A stretch of DNA of 64,000 bases from contig CAXXLQ010000004.1 of assembly GCA_963668695.2 (NCBI GenBank), positions 3,584,001 through 3,648,000 of the forward strand. Reading direction: 5' to 3'. Under the pieces are notes generated by a model. It ran no database searches. It saw nothing but the letters and a program-made list of their open reading frames with translations, and had not been told where the DNA came from. Positions 1 through 10,405 of this stretch are shown piece by piece. The position numbers and the translations under genes were made by a program. Source of the stretch: Vicinamibacteria bacterium (GTDB lineage: Bacteria; Acidobacteriota; Vicinamibacteria; Marinacidobacterales; Marinacidobacteraceae). Each line of letters begins with the position of its first letter. Position 1 is the first letter of the stretch.

Positions 1-18
1 CGATACTTGAGGTTTTAA

Positions 19-338
19 CAGCCTGTGGACAAAGTGACGTGAGCGCCGAGAGCAGCGAGGCGCCCCGCTGACAAGGCGCGCGAGGGAGGAGCCCCCACCG
101 GGAGCACTTGGGCCAGTGACTTTGTCTACAGGCTGCTTAGTAGCCTGTGGTGAAACCCACGTGAGCGCCGAGGCCGGCCAGTTCTCCCGGTGGGGGCGAG
201 GCGCCCGGCTGACAAGGCGCGTGAGGGAGGAATACCCGGTATATTTCGACCGAAACGCAACGCAGAACACAGCGAAGCGGAGTGGTTCAGCCGGGATGGA
301 TCGCCGGTTGAACGCCGCGTGGGTTTCGCCACCGGCTG
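19..338. repeat. Two tandem MITE-like repeats (CAGCCTGTGG...CAGGCTG ends)
   Basis: Terminal inverted repeats with TTAA/TTAG flanks; internal core GGCTGACAAGGCGCG(C/T)GAGGGAGGA shared with about 10 other loci. Confidence 0.8.
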
Positions 339-382
339 CTCACGGCGCGGCTCCGCCAGCGGAGCCGCGCAGCTGCGGCGTG

Positions 383-1177
383 TCAGTCCTTGGAGGAATC
401 CCCGCTACCCGTGGGCGTGGGCGTGGGCGGCTCGAGGAAGGGTCTTATCAGATCGAGCGGGAGGGGAAAGATGATCGTCGAGTTCTTCTCCGAGGCGATT
501 TCGGTGAGCGTCTGGAGATAGCGGAGCTGGGCGCCCAAGGGGTGCTGACCCACGATTGCGGCGGCCTTGGCGAGCTGCGTCGAGGCCTGGAATTCGCCTT
601 CCGCGTGGATGACCTTGGCCCGCTTCTCCCGCTCCGCTTCGGCCTGCCGGGCAAGCGCCCGGGTCATGTCGGCGGGCAGGTCCACATGCTTGACCTCAAC
701 CGAGGCCACCTTGATGCCCCAGGGGTCGGTGCTCTTGTCGAGGATCTCCTGCAACCGGATGTTGAGCTGTTCGCGCTGCGAGAGGAGATCGTCCAGTTCC
801 ACTTGGCCGAGCACGCTGCGGAGCGTGGTCTGCGCGAGCTGCGAGGTGGCATACAGGTAGTCCTCGACTTCGATGATCGCCCGGATGGGGTCCACCACCC
901 GGAAGAACAGCACGGCGTTCACCTTCACCGAGACGTTGTCGCGGGTGATGATGTCCTGCGGCGGCACATCGAAGGCCACCAGACGAAGGGTTACCCGCAC
1001 CATCCGATCGATCGGGGAGAAGACCAGAACGAGGCCAGGCCCCTTGGTGGCCTTGAGGAGCTTGCCGAACCGGAAGACGACGGCGCGCTCGTACTCGTTC
1101 AGGACCTTGATCCAGTTGAAGACGAAGATGGCCGCGAATGCGAGGGCGACCAGAGCTCCCAGGGAAAGTCCGAACAT
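383..1177 (-). CDS. SPFH/band-7 (slipin, stomatin-like) membrane protein
   Basis: [41 protein letters not shown] motifs; directly downstream of nfeD. Confidence 0.93.
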   Translation of the reverse strand: MFGLSLGALVALAFAAIFVFNWIKVLNEYERAVVFRFGKLLKATKGPGLVLVFSPIDRMVRVTLRLVAFDVPPQDIITRDNVSVKVNAVLFFRVVDPIRAIIEVEDYLYATSQLAQTTLRSVLGQVELDDLLSQREQLNIRLQEILDKSTDPWGIKVASVEVKHVDLPADMTRALARQAEAEREKRAKVIHAEGEFQASTQLAKAAAIVGQHPLGAQLRYLQTLTEIASEKNSTIIFPLPLDLIRPFLEPPTPTPTGSGDSSKD

Positions 1178-1180
1178 GAT

Positions 1181-2557
1181 TCAGCTCCTTGTTTTGGAGA
1201 CGGCGGAGGGATTCGCGTCACGGGCGCCGTCCGGGCCCGGTGCGGCGGCGGAGCCGACTTGGAGGGTCAACCCCTCCAGGAGGGCGAGGACGCGCACGCG
1301 CTCACCCTCGCTGACCGCGCCGGCGGAGGTGGCATCCCAGAACTCGCCGTGGACGAATACCTTGCCGGCGCCGCCGGGGCTGATGTCGGTGTAGGCGGTG
1401 GCCACCAGACCGATCATGCCCTCCCGGCCGCTTACCGCGGGGCTCCTCTGGGAGCGGAGCACCAACTGGCCCAGGAAGAACACCAGGCCCACGAAAACCA
1501 GGACGGACGGAATGACGAGGCCCCAAGTCAAGTTCAATGCGGGTGTCGGAAGGGATTGCTCTTCGAAGAAAAAGAGGAGTCCAATCGTGAGGGCGACCGC
1601 TCCCGACAACCCCATTATGCCGAATGACGGGGTGAGCGCCTCGGCGGTGAGAAGACCGATCCCGGCGAGGAGCAAGAGCACCCCAAGGAGACTGACCGGC
1701 AGGAAGTTGAGTCCGAAAGCCGCCAGCAGCAGCGCGATGCCTCCCAAAATCCCCGGGATGAGCAGGCCGGGGTTCGAAAATTCGAGGTACAGGCCGAGCA
1801 GGCCGATCATTCCCAGCAGCACGGCCAGATTCGGGTTGGCGATCACCGACAAGGCCCGATCGCGGAAGCTCATTTCGGTCTGCACGACGATCGCGTCGGC
1901 GGTATCGAGCACTACCTCGGAGCCGTCGATCCGGGTCACCGTCCGGCCGTGGATCGCAGCCAGAAACTCCTCGGTGTCGCCAGCCATGAGGTCGATCAGA
2001 CCGGCTTCCAGCGCCTCGGACGCCGTCCAGCTTCGAGCCTCGGTCACCCCCTGCTCGGCAAGCGCGACGTCGCGTCCACGGCGCTCGGCGATCGACCGGA
2101 GGTAGGCGGCGGCGTCGGACTCGACCTTCCGGCTCAGGGTCTCGGGCATCTCGCCGCCGGTCCCGGAAATCGGGGTGGCCGCTCCCATGTTGGTGCCCGG
2201 CGCCATCCCCGAGATGTCGGCGGCCAGGGTGATCAGGTATCCGGCGGATGCGGCCCGGGAGCCGGCCGGACCGACGAAGACGGCCACCGGCACCTCGCTG
2301 TTCAGGATCGCCTCGATGATCTCCCGCATCGAGGTGTCGAGGCCGCCGGGGGTGTCGAGCCGGATCAGTACGAGCCCGGCGCCCGCTTCTTCGGCTGCGG
2401 AAATGGTGGCGACCACCTGACCCGCCGATACCGAATGGATGATGTCCACCACGTCCACCTGATGGACGTCCGGAGCCGCCGCCGAAGCCGCCGGCGCGGC
2501 GCAGACGGCAAGGCACACCCCGACCAGCGAAAGGACGGAGGTCTCGGACGACAGCAC
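1181..2557 (-). CDS. nfeD: NfeD-family membrane-bound serine protease (ClpP class)
   Basis: LDTPGGL, AASAG, GAATP motifs, transmembrane region, C-terminal VHGEFWDA domain; canonical pairing with SPFH. Confidence 0.9.
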   Translation of the reverse strand: MLSSETSVLSLVGVCLAVCAAPAASAAAPDVHQVDVVDIIHSVSAGQVVATISAAEEAGAGLVLIRLDTPGGLDTSMREIIEAILNSEVPVAVFVGPAGSRAASAGYLITLAADISGMAPGTNMGAATPISGTGGEMPETLSRKVESDAAAYLRSIAERRGRDVALAEQGVTEARSWTASEALEAGLIDLMAGDTEEFLAAIHGRTVTRIDGSEVVLDTADAIVVQTEMSFRDRALSVIANPNLAVLLGMIGLLGLYLEFSNPGLLIPGILGGIALLLAAFGLNFLPVSLLGVLLLLAGIGLLTAEALTPSFGIMGLSGAVALTIGLLFFFEEQSLPTPALNLTWGLVIPSVLVFVGLVFFLGQLVLRSQRSPAVSGREGMIGLVATAYTDISPGGAGKVFVHGEFWDATSAGAVSEGERVRVLALLEGLTLQVGSAAAPGPDGARDANPSAVSKTRS

Positions 2558-2559
2558 TC

Positions 2560-3036
2560 TCAGGAGGCTTTCCGCTCGTGAATGGTGCGGAGTTCTCGGA
2601 TCCCGAGCTCCCGCTCCCCCGCCGGCGTGTGGACGTTCACCTCATCTCCCACCCGGGCTCCCATGAGCGCCCTGCCGATCGGAGATCCGGTGGACACCTT
2701 GCCGACCGCGGGTTCCGCTTCCTCGCTGACCACAAGTTCGTACCGGGACTCCTCTTCGGTGTCCAGATCCACCACCACGACCTCACTGCCGAGCGACACG
2801 CGATCCGCCGGAATGTTGTCCAGGCTCACCATGGACAGAACCGCGAGACGTCGCTTGAGTTGCGCGAGACGGACGGCCACGAAGGCTTGGCGGTCCTTCG
2901 CGGCTTCGTACTCCGCGTTTTCGGAAAGGTCGCCGTGCTCGCGAGCTTCCTTGATCTGTTTGGGAAGGTGCAGATGCAGTTCTTGCTCGAGTTCCCGCAC
3001 TTCGGCCTCAATGCGGACGCGGAACGCAAGAGTCAC
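2560..3036 (-). CDS. greA: Transcription elongation factor GreA
   Basis: AREHGDLSENAEYEAAK and SPIGRALMG motifs; start (GTG 3036) uncertain. Confidence 0.92.
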   Translation of the reverse strand: MTLAFRVRIEAEVRELEQELHLHLPKQIKEAREHGDLSENAEYEAAKDRQAFVAVRLAQLKRRLAVLSMVSLDNIPADRVSLGSEVVVVDLDTEEESRYELVVSEEAEPAVGKVSTGSPIGRALMGARVGDEVNVHTPAGERELGIRELRTIHERKAS

Positions 3037-3226
3037 TGTTGCTGAAAGCCTTTCTGGAACGAAACCAAACCGATTCAGAATAGCACCGTCGGCACCCCGT
3101 TCGTGCGGCGGAGGGCCGCCGGAAGGAGTCCGGGACATCCGGGCGAGCCGCCGCTCTTGCGGCGGGCATGGCCAGCGGGCATGATCCCCACTCCGAAATC
3201 AATGGTGCAGCCGAGGGAGGTTCTCC

Positions 3227-3880
3227 ATGCGACACATTTCTAGCCGCCACTCGACCAGGCGGTTGCCACGGTGGCTGTCCGGCGCTCTGGCCCTCGGGCT
3301 CGGCGCGGGGTTGGCAACGGTCGCGGGAACGCCTGAGGCCGTGGCGCAGGACGTCTCACTCAGGGTGGGAGACAAGGCTCCCATGTTCCCGAATCCGCTG
3401 CCCTCGACCGCGGGCGAATCGGCCGGCGCGGTGAAGCTCGATCTGCAGGCCGCACTGGGAAAGAAGAACATCGTCCTGGCGTTCTACGTGGCCGACTGGA
3501 CTGGTGGTTGAACGCTTCAGTTTTCGTCCTACAAGGACGACATCCAGAAGTTTCTGGATGCAGAAACCCAAGTCTTCGGAATCAGCGTCGATACGCCGTA
3601 CTCCCAGTGGAATTGGCTGCAAAGCGTCGGCAAGGACTCCGGCATGATGGTGGAAGCGGCGGCTTCGGGCGAGCTGCCGGGATTGGTCCTGCTCTCGGAT
3701 CGCCAGTCGGAAGTGGTGGGCGCCTACGGAGTGAAGCCACTCGAGATCAACGGGGCGACCTACGCCTCCCGCGCGACCTTCGTGATCGATCGCGAGGGCG
3801 TGCTCCGCTACGCCAACTACGACTACCAGATCCGTGACGACTACGAGCCGCTGATGGAAGTCCTGGCCGGACTCGAGTAG
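3227..3880 (+). CDS. Peroxiredoxin-like (AhpC/TSA) protein with in-frame UGA, probable selenoprotein
   Basis: ORF 3227-3511 ends FYVADWTGG-TGA; the same frame continues TLQFSSYKDD..VFGISVD..LLSD..RATFVIDREG to 3880; the TGA sits at the peroxidatic Cys position; N-terminal signal peptide. Confidence 0.85.
3524..3540 (+). promoter_or_regulatory. Candidate bacterial SECIS hairpin
   Basis: Perfect 7-bp stem TCGTCCT-ACA-AGGACGA starting 12 nt after the UGA at 3509-3511. Confidence 0.5.
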
Positions 3881-3917
3881 CGAATCATCCGTATCCGCAA
3901 ACCCGCATAGCCGCGCC

Positions 3918-4649
3918 GTGTCGACTGCGCCCGCGGCCCTCGTGGTCGCCATGAGACACGGCCCCGCCAACGCTCTCGATCCAGCGCTGGTTGCGAGTCT
4001 GGGCGCGAGTCTGGATGAAGCGGAACGGAGCGGCCGGCCGCTGGTGCTGACCGGCAACGGCCGTTTCTTTTCGGCCGGGCTCGACCTCGCGGGGCTCCCC
4101 AGGGAAAGGGAGGAGATGGGCGGGTTCGTCGACGCGTTCGACGACCTGATGCGGCGGCTCTTCCTTTTCGCCTGCCCTACGGTTGCCGCGGTGAACGGTC
4201 ACGCGGTGGCGGGAGGCGCCATTCTGGCGGCCGCCTGCGATGTTCGGATAGGAGCCGTCGGCAGCTACCGCGTCGGAGTCTCGGAGGTACAGCTCGGGGT
4301 CATCTTCCCGGCGGCCGCCTTCGAAGTGCTTCGCGCGGCCATTCCAGCGGCGCGGACCGCCGAAGTCCTGCTGCGCGGCCGGCTCACCGGTCCCGAGGAC
4401 GCCGTCACGAACGGGTTCCTGCACGAACTCGGGTCAGCGGAGGCCCTCCTGGAGCGGGCGGTGGAACGGGCTGAGGAGCTGGGCGCGCTGCCGCGAGAGG
4501 CCTACGCGCACACGAAACGCGAACTTCGCGCGGAATTCGCCGACCGGGCGGCGCGGGAGCGCGCGCCCAAACGGGAGCGGTTTCTGGACACCTGGTTCTC
4601 CGAGGAGTCGGTGGGGCGGCGCGCCGCGATCCTGAAGAAAGGTCGGTAA
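3918..4649 (+). CDS. Enoyl-CoA hydratase/isomerase family protein
   Basis: FSAGLDL, PTVAAVNGHAVAGG, ACDVRI, EVQLG motifs. Confidence 0.9.
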   Translation: MSTAPAALVVAMRHGPANALDPALVASLGASLDEAERSGRPLVLTGNGRFFSAGLDLAGLPREREEMGGFVDAFDDLMRRLFLFACPTVAAVNGHAVAGGAILAAACDVRIGAVGSYRVGVSEVQLGVIFPAAAFEVLRAAIPAARTAEVLLRGRLTGPEDAVTNGFLHELGSAEALLERAVERAEELGALPREAYAHTKRELRAEFADRAARERAPKRERFLDTWFSEESVGRRAAILKKGR

Positions 4650-4672
4650 CGGAAGCGCGGACCGGGCTAGCC

Positions 4673-6130
4673 CCGATACTGTTCACTTAGTGTATTTGGT
4701 TCGTTATGCTTGCCCCCGGCTCGGCCGGGAGGTTGCCTATGGCGAGAACGGTTGCGGAGCTTCCGAAAGGGAGCCGGATCACCGACTACATCAGCCTCGG
4801 GGTGCTGAACGAGCGGATCCCGCGGGCGGCAGTGGACGAGGCGCTGCGGGCTACGGGGCGGCAGAGTGCCCGTCAGCGGGACCTGCCGGCGCACGTGGTG
4901 GTGTATTACGTGATCGCCTTGGCGCTGTACATGCAGTCGTCGTATCGAGAGGTTCTGCGGTGCCTGGTGGAAGGGCTGCGGTGGCTGGGCGATCCGTCAG
5001 CACGCCCACGGGTGGCGGGGAAGTCGGGGATTTCGCAGGCGCGCAAGAGGCTGGGCGCCGAACCGCTGCAAGCCCTGCATGACGCCGTGGTGCGGCCGGT
5101 GGGGCAGCCGTCGGAACCGGGATGCGGCTATCGGCAGTGGCACGTGGTCAGCGTGGACGGCAGCACTTTGGATGTCGCGGACGAGTCTCCCAACGCGGCG
5201 GCCTTCGGACGCCCCGGCGCGAGTCGCGGCGCCAGTGCCTTCCCCCAGATCCGATTCGTGTCGTTGGTCGAGAACGGAACCCATGTTCTGTTTGCGAGCC
5301 GCATGGCGGGTTGCAACGTGAGCGAACAGCGCCTGGTCGAGGACGTGATGCCCTCCTTGAAGGCGGGCATGTTGTGTCTGGCGGACCGCAACTTCTTCAG
5401 CTACGACCGGTGGAATCAGGCCCGCACCGCGGGGGCGGATCTGTTGTGGCGCATCAAGAAGAACCTGCGCCTGCCACGGGAAACCCCGTTGGGCGACGGC
5501 TCCTATGTGAGCCGGATCTACGCCTCCGACAAAGACCGACGCCACGGGCGAGACGCGGTTCGGGTGCGGGTGATCGACTATCAACTGTCCGGCGTGGGCG
5601 ACGCCGAACCGCTGTACCGGCTGCTGACCACGGTGCTGGATGCGGATCGCGCCCCGGCCCCGGAACTCGCCACCCTCTACCACGAGCGCTGGGAGATCGA
5701 AACCGCGCTGGACGAACTCAAGACCCACCTCCGAGGCCCCCGGATCGTCCTCCGCAGCAAAACTCCCGAACTCGTCCGCCAGGAGTTCTGGGGCCTGATG
5801 TTGGCCCACTTCGCCATCCGCTCCCTCATGCACGACGCCGCCCGGCAGAGCGGAGACGACCCAGACCGACTCTCCTACCTCCATGCGGTTCGTGCGATCC
5901 GTCGCAACATCATCACCCACAGCGCCATTCCCCCCTCAGCGTCAGGACAGCCGCCGCCAACATCTCCTTGACGAACTCCTCGACGAACGGGTGGTGTCCC
6001 GTCGCAACCGGTGCACGCCCCGCGGTGGCAAGCGCAAGATGAGCGGTTATCCGCTGCGCCCCAGGCACGCTCCCTCCTGCCGCATGGACGGCCCGCCAAC
6101 CGTCCGAATCGTCTAAGTGAACAGTATTGG
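4673..6130 (+). mobile_element. IS4-family insertion sequence
   Basis: TIRs CCGATACTGTTCACTTAG / CTAAGTGAACAGTATTGG; flanking direct repeat GGCTAGCC (4665-4672, 6131-6138). Confidence 0.92.
4739..5971 (+). CDS. IS4-family DDE transposase
   Basis: VDGST, LADRNF, YHERWEIETALDELK (YREK) motifs. Confidence 0.93.
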   Translation: MARTVAELPKGSRITDYISLGVLNERIPRAAVDEALRATGRQSARQRDLPAHVVVYYVIALALYMQSSYREVLRCLVEGLRWLGDPSARPRVAGKSGISQARKRLGAEPLQALHDAVVRPVGQPSEPGCGYRQWHVVSVDGSTLDVADESPNAAAFGRPGASRGASAFPQIRFVSLVENGTHVLFASRMAGCNVSEQRLVEDVMPSLKAGMLCLADRNFFSYDRWNQARTAGADLLWRIKKNLRLPRETPLGDGSYVSRIYASDKDRRHGRDAVRVRVIDYQLSGVGDAEPLYRLLTTVLDADRAPAPELATLYHERWEIETALDELKTHLRGPRIVLRSKTPELVRQEFWGLMLAHFAIRSLMHDAARQSGDDPDRLSYLHAVRAIRRNIITHSAIPPSASGQPPPTSP

Positions 6131-6299
6131 GGCTAGCCGCCGGCGGCGCGCAGCGCCAGCGGGCTGGCTGGGGTGGGCGGCCCGGCCTTCCCGGCTAGGT
6201 GAGGGTGGTTGGGATCACGCGCTTCCGCTGTCGCTAGCCGTGAGGGTGGGTAGCGAGGCTTTCGCTCCCCTGGGGCGCACTCTTCAACAGTTCGCGTAG

Positions 6300-6535
6300 C
6301 CCTGAGCGAGCGAAGACTGACGGCAGCGAACTCTGTTCGCTGCCCGCGTGACCGGGGGGAAAGTGTGAAAGGGGGGCCTCCCGCCCCCCTTTCACAAAGG
6401 GCCGCCGTGCGCCGGAGGCGCACAAGGGAGTTTCGATGCGCGGCGCGAAGCGCCGGGCGGTTCGGAAGGGGGGCGCACCTACCGACGAATCTAAGTTCGC
6501 AGGGCGCCCAGCCAAATGCCCCCCTTCCGGACCGC
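6300..6535. repeat. Composite palindromic repeat
   Basis: GGCAGCGAAC..GTTCGCTGCC and GTGAAAGGGGG..CCCCCTTTCAC hairpins; related copies near 7710-7900/9249, 30235-30330, 34035-34080. Confidence 0.7.
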
Positions 6536-7369
6536 CTAGTTCGTCGCGTGCGAAGCGATCGCGGCCCGGATCGCCTTCACCGTCACTTCCGAGCGGTAGC
6601 GGAAGAGTCGGCGTCCCCACGCCTTGGTCTCGTCCAAGGGGTCAATGTCCACACCGTTGATGGAGAAGAGACCGGCCTGACGGCGCTCGGAAGTGCGGAC
6701 CGAGTTCTGATCCACGGTCGCCATCATCGAGGTGATCGCGTAGTCGTCGTGAATTCCCTCGGGCGTCTGTTCCACGCCGTGCTCGGAAAGCCAGGTCTGG
6801 AGCCCCTGGTAGTCGTAGTACTCGGGGATGAAATGGACGCCTGGACTGTTGTTCCACTCGGCGGTGAACTCTTCGGCGACCGCCTTCATGCCGGCCTGGT
6901 TGCCGCCACTGTCCCCGATCAGGACGATGTGCTGGAAACCGCTGGTCTTGAGGCTCCGGCAGACATCCCGCACCACGGCCTGGAACGTCTCCTGGCTGAG
7001 ACCTACGGTCCCCGGATAGCGCATGTGACCCGTGGGCGGGTCGAAGTCGCCTTCCGGCACCAGTTTCAGAATCGGGGCCACGAGTGCGTTCCCGAGATCC
7101 CTGGCGATCGCTTCGGTGACACCGCGGAGCAGCACGTTGTGCTTGCCGGTGACCAGATAGGGTCCGTTCTGCTCGACGCCGCCGCTCGCGACGATGGCGG
7201 TGTCCTTGCCATCCGCAATCAGGTCGCGCACTTCCATCCAGGTGAGATCCTCGATGAAGACGCTGTCCCGGATCGGAATCGGGCGCGGTTTGTCGGGCGC
7301 CGGATTCTGGGCGAATCCCAGAATCGGCATCGCCACGGAAAGGACGAGTGCGGTGAGAAGGGTGCGCAT
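6536..7369 (-). CDS. Creatininase-family amidohydrolase, copy A (signal peptide)
   Basis: IEDLTWMEV, GGVEQNGPYL, YPGTV, DSGGN motifs; paralog of 9534-10367. Confidence 0.85.
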   Translation of the reverse strand: MRTLLTALVLSVAMPILGFAQNPAPDKPRPIPIRDSVFIEDLTWMEVRDLIADGKDTAIVASGGVEQNGPYLVTGKHNVLLRGVTEAIARDLGNALVAPILKLVPEGDFDPPTGHMRYPGTVGLSQETFQAVVRDVCRSLKTSGFQHIVLIGDSGGNQAGMKAVAEEFTAEWNNSPGVHFIPEYYDYQGLQTWLSEHGVEQTPEGIHDDYAITSMMATVDQNSVRTSERRQAGLFSINGVDIDPLDETKAWGRRLFRYRSEVTVKAIRAAIASHATN

Positions 7370-7408
7370 GACTTGAAATCTCCTTCGGTTGTGCGTCGGA
7401 GTGAACGC

Positions 7409-7600
7409 TCAGACGCTCAGCCCCGGAGTGATGACCTTATCGCGATAGTTCTCTCCCGGCATCCGGACGAAGCGGCAGACCTCGCGAAGCAGCCACCCGC
7501 CCGCCGGTGAGGAGCGGGTCGTTCCAGCCCCCTTCGTCTCCCTCAGGAGACGCGGCAGATGCTCGAAAACGCGCCGGGCCACCATCCTGGCGCGTCCGAA
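7409..7600 (-). pseudogene. Degenerate 3' fragment of the DnaC/IstB-like ATPase gene
   Basis: FEHLPRLLRE...LLREVCRFVRMPGENYRDKVITPG matches the C-terminus of 10406-11132 with an internal deletion. Confidence 0.75.
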
Positions 7601-7899
7601 AGAGAAGCGCGGGTAACGGGACCGCGGGGGTGAAGACCGGCGCTCCCGTGCAGGCGGCGCATACCTGGCCGGGCCAAAGAAATGACGGCGAACCGAAGGT
7701 TCGCCGTCTGCGTGGCCGGGGGGAAAGTGTGAAGGCGGGGCCTGCCCCCCTTTCACAAAGGAAGGCAACTACAAATCGGAACTCGCCGAAACGCACGCAC
7801 CACCGCGGATGTCGACCCCCTGAGCAAGCGAAAGCAATGGCAGCGAACTTGTTCGCTGCCCGCGTGATCGGGGGGAAAGCGTGAAAGGGGGCTCGCCCC

Positions 7900-9248
7900 C
7901 ATAGGCGCTAACTTGTTTTCTGATAGCACCGGATGCTTCCGAGTGTTCCGCATACTGCGGGGAGGAACACCGGGATGCCCGAGGACTGGGAGCTGCTGAA
8001 GTCGTTTCTTCCGGGGAACTGGCGGGAGTTGGCGCGGGAGACAGGCGCTTTGAAGGGTCTGCGGAAGGACAAGTCGGAGGAGAACCTTCTGCGGGTGCTG
8101 CTGATCCATCTGGGATGCGGGCACTCGTTGCGGGAGACGGTTGTGCGAGCGAAGAAGGCGGGGTTGGCGGAGCTGTCCGATGTGGCGCTGCTGAAGCGGC
8201 TGAAGAAGTCTCGGGATTGGTTGCGGGCGATGTGCCTGGAGTTGTTCCGAGACGAGGGGGTGATCGGGACGGAGGGCTTTGAGTTTCGGGTGATGGACGC
8301 GACGACGGTGCGGGAACCGGGGAAGTCGGGGTCGCTGTGGAGGATCCACTACAGCGTGCGGTTGCCGTCGCTGGCCTGCGATTCAAGGTGACCGGGACGG
8401 AGGGGGCGGGCAGCGGGGAATCGCTGACGCAGTTTCCGATCCGGGCGGGGGATCATGTGCTGGCGGACCGGGGGTACTCGCGGGCGCCGGGCATCGTTCA
8501 CGTGGCCTCGTCGGGTGGCGAGGTCACGGTGCGCGTGAACCCGCAGGCACTGGCGCTGTGGACGCGGGACGGGGAGCGTTTGCGGCTGCTGGAGACGGTG
8601 AGTTCGCTGCGGCGCCTTGGGAAGGCCGGATCTTGGCCGGCGCGGGTGGTGGCAGCGGATGGCGCGACGGCGACGGGCCGGATCTGTGCGGTGCGCAAGA
8701 GCCGGGCCGCGATTCGGGCGGCGCAGGAAAAGATCCGCCACGACGCCAGTCGGAAGGGGACCGAGATCAAGCCCCGGACGCTGGAGTTCGCCAAGTTCAT
8801 CATCGTGTTCACCACCTTCCCCGAAGACACGTTCTCCGCCGAGGAGGTGTTGGAGTGCTATCGGCTGCGTTGGCAGGTGGAACTCGTCTTCAAGCGGTTC
8901 AAATCCCTGGCCCAACTGGGCCACCTGCCCAAATACGACGACGACAGCGCCCGAGCCTGGCTCTACGGCAAGCTGCTCTTGGCGCTGCTTGTCGAAAAGC
9001 TGATCCGCCATGCCGCGTCCGTTTCCCCCTGGGGATACGACCTCCCGATGGTCCCGGCGGCACAGCACCTGGCGTGACTTCCACTTCGCGTGGAACCAGC
9101 TTGCCAGGACGATGGAACCTCCACTCCCTTTGTCCCGGATGGTCCGTGACTGGAAAGCCATTTCAACGGCGTTGGCCGAGCCAACTCGTCGGCGGCGCTA
9201 TCAGCTCACCTCCTATTTTGACTAGATCCATACAAGTTAGCGCCTATG
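7900..9248 (+). mobile_element. IS4-family (IS186/IS421-like) insertion sequence
   Basis: TIRs CATAGGCGCTAACTTGT / ACAAGTTAGCGCCTATG; 11-bp direct repeat GGGCTCGCCCC. Confidence 0.9.
7975..9077 (+). pseudogene. IS4-family transposase, frameshifted near 8383
   Basis: MDATT motif in ORF 7933-8391; LADRGY and YRLRWQVELVFKRFK in ORF 8337-9077 in another frame. Confidence 0.8.
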
Positions 9249-9533
9249 GGGCTCGCCCCCCTTTCACAATCAGTAACGACCAATCGGAACTTGCCGCAGC
9301 CCGCCGCAGGCGGGCAAGGAAGTTTCGATTGCCGGCGCGGAGCGCCGGGCGGTTCCCGGACGGGGCCCGAACGCAATCGAAGACCACGGTACCAACTCGA
9401 AGGCACCCGTGGCTCCGTCCGGGGAACGCTCGACCCCTGGGCGCGAAGCGCCGGGCGGTTTGGAAGGGGGGCGCGCCTACCGACGAATCAACGTTCGCAG
9501 CGCGCCCAGCCAAACGCCCCCCTTCCGGACCGC

Positions 9534-10367
9534 CTAGTTCGTCGCGTGGGCGGCGATCGCGGCGCGGATGGCCTTCACGGTCACTTCCGAGCGGTACCGG
9601 AAGAGGCGCATGCCCCAGGCGCGGGTTTGGTCCAGCGGGTCGAGATCCACCCCGTTGATCCGGAAGAGACCGGCCTGCCGGCGCTCCGAGGTCCGGATGG
9701 AGTCCGGATCCACCGCCGCCATCATCGCGGCCATCGCGAACTCGTCGTGAAGGCCCTCCGGCTCCTCCTTGATGCCGTTATCGGAGAGCCAGGTCCGGAG
9801 GCCTCTCACATCGTAGAACTCGGGAATGAAATGGACGCCGGGAGACCCGTTCCACTCGGCGTGCATTTCCTCCGCGACCGCCGTCATCCCGGCCTGGTTT
9901 CCGCCGCTGTCGCCGAGGAAGATGATGTGCTGAAAGCCGCTGGCCCTGAGACTCCGGGCAACGTCCCGCAACACGGCCCGGAAAGTCTCCTGGCTAAGCC
10001 CGACGGTGCCGGGAAAACGCATCATCTCGGTGGGAGGATCGAAGTCGCCTTCGGGCACCAGCTTGAGAATCGGGGCCACCAGCGCGTTCCCGAGATCCCG
10101 GGCGATCGCTTCGGTGGTGCCGCGCAGCAGCACGTTGTGCTTGCCGGTGACCAGATACGGGCCGTTCTGCTCGATCCCGCCGCTCGCGACGATGGCGGTG
10201 TCCTTGCCGTCCGCGATCAGGTCGCGGACTTCCATCCAGGTGAGATCCTCAATGAAGACGCCGTCCCGGATCGGAATCGGGCGCGGCTTGTCGGGCGCCG
10301 GATTCTGGGCGAATCCCAGAATCGGCAGGCCCACGGAAAGGACGAGGGTGGTGAGAAGGGTGCGCAT
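9534..10367 (-). CDS. Creatininase-family amidohydrolase, copy B (signal peptide)
   Basis: Same length (277 aa) and near-identical N-terminal half to copy A. Confidence 0.85.
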   Translation of the reverse strand: MRTLLTTLVLSVGLPILGFAQNPAPDKPRPIPIRDGVFIEDLTWMEVRDLIADGKDTAIVASGGIEQNGPYLVTGKHNVLLRGTTEAIARDLGNALVAPILKLVPEGDFDPPTEMMRFPGTVGLSQETFRAVLRDVARSLRASGFQHIIFLGDSGGNQAGMTAVAEEMHAEWNGSPGVHFIPEFYDVRGLRTWLSDNGIKEEPEGLHDEFAMAAMMAAVDPDSIRTSERRQAGLFRINGVDLDPLDQTRAWGMRLFRYRSEVTVKAIRAAIAAHATN

Positions 10368-10405
10368 GACCTGAAATCTCCTTCGAGTATCGGAGTGTTG
10401 AGCCC

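Noticed and set aside
8370-8400. Programmed frameshift in the second IS4 transposase
   Set aside because: No slippery sequence, and IS4-family transposases are normally single ORFs; a mutation or assembly error is more likely.
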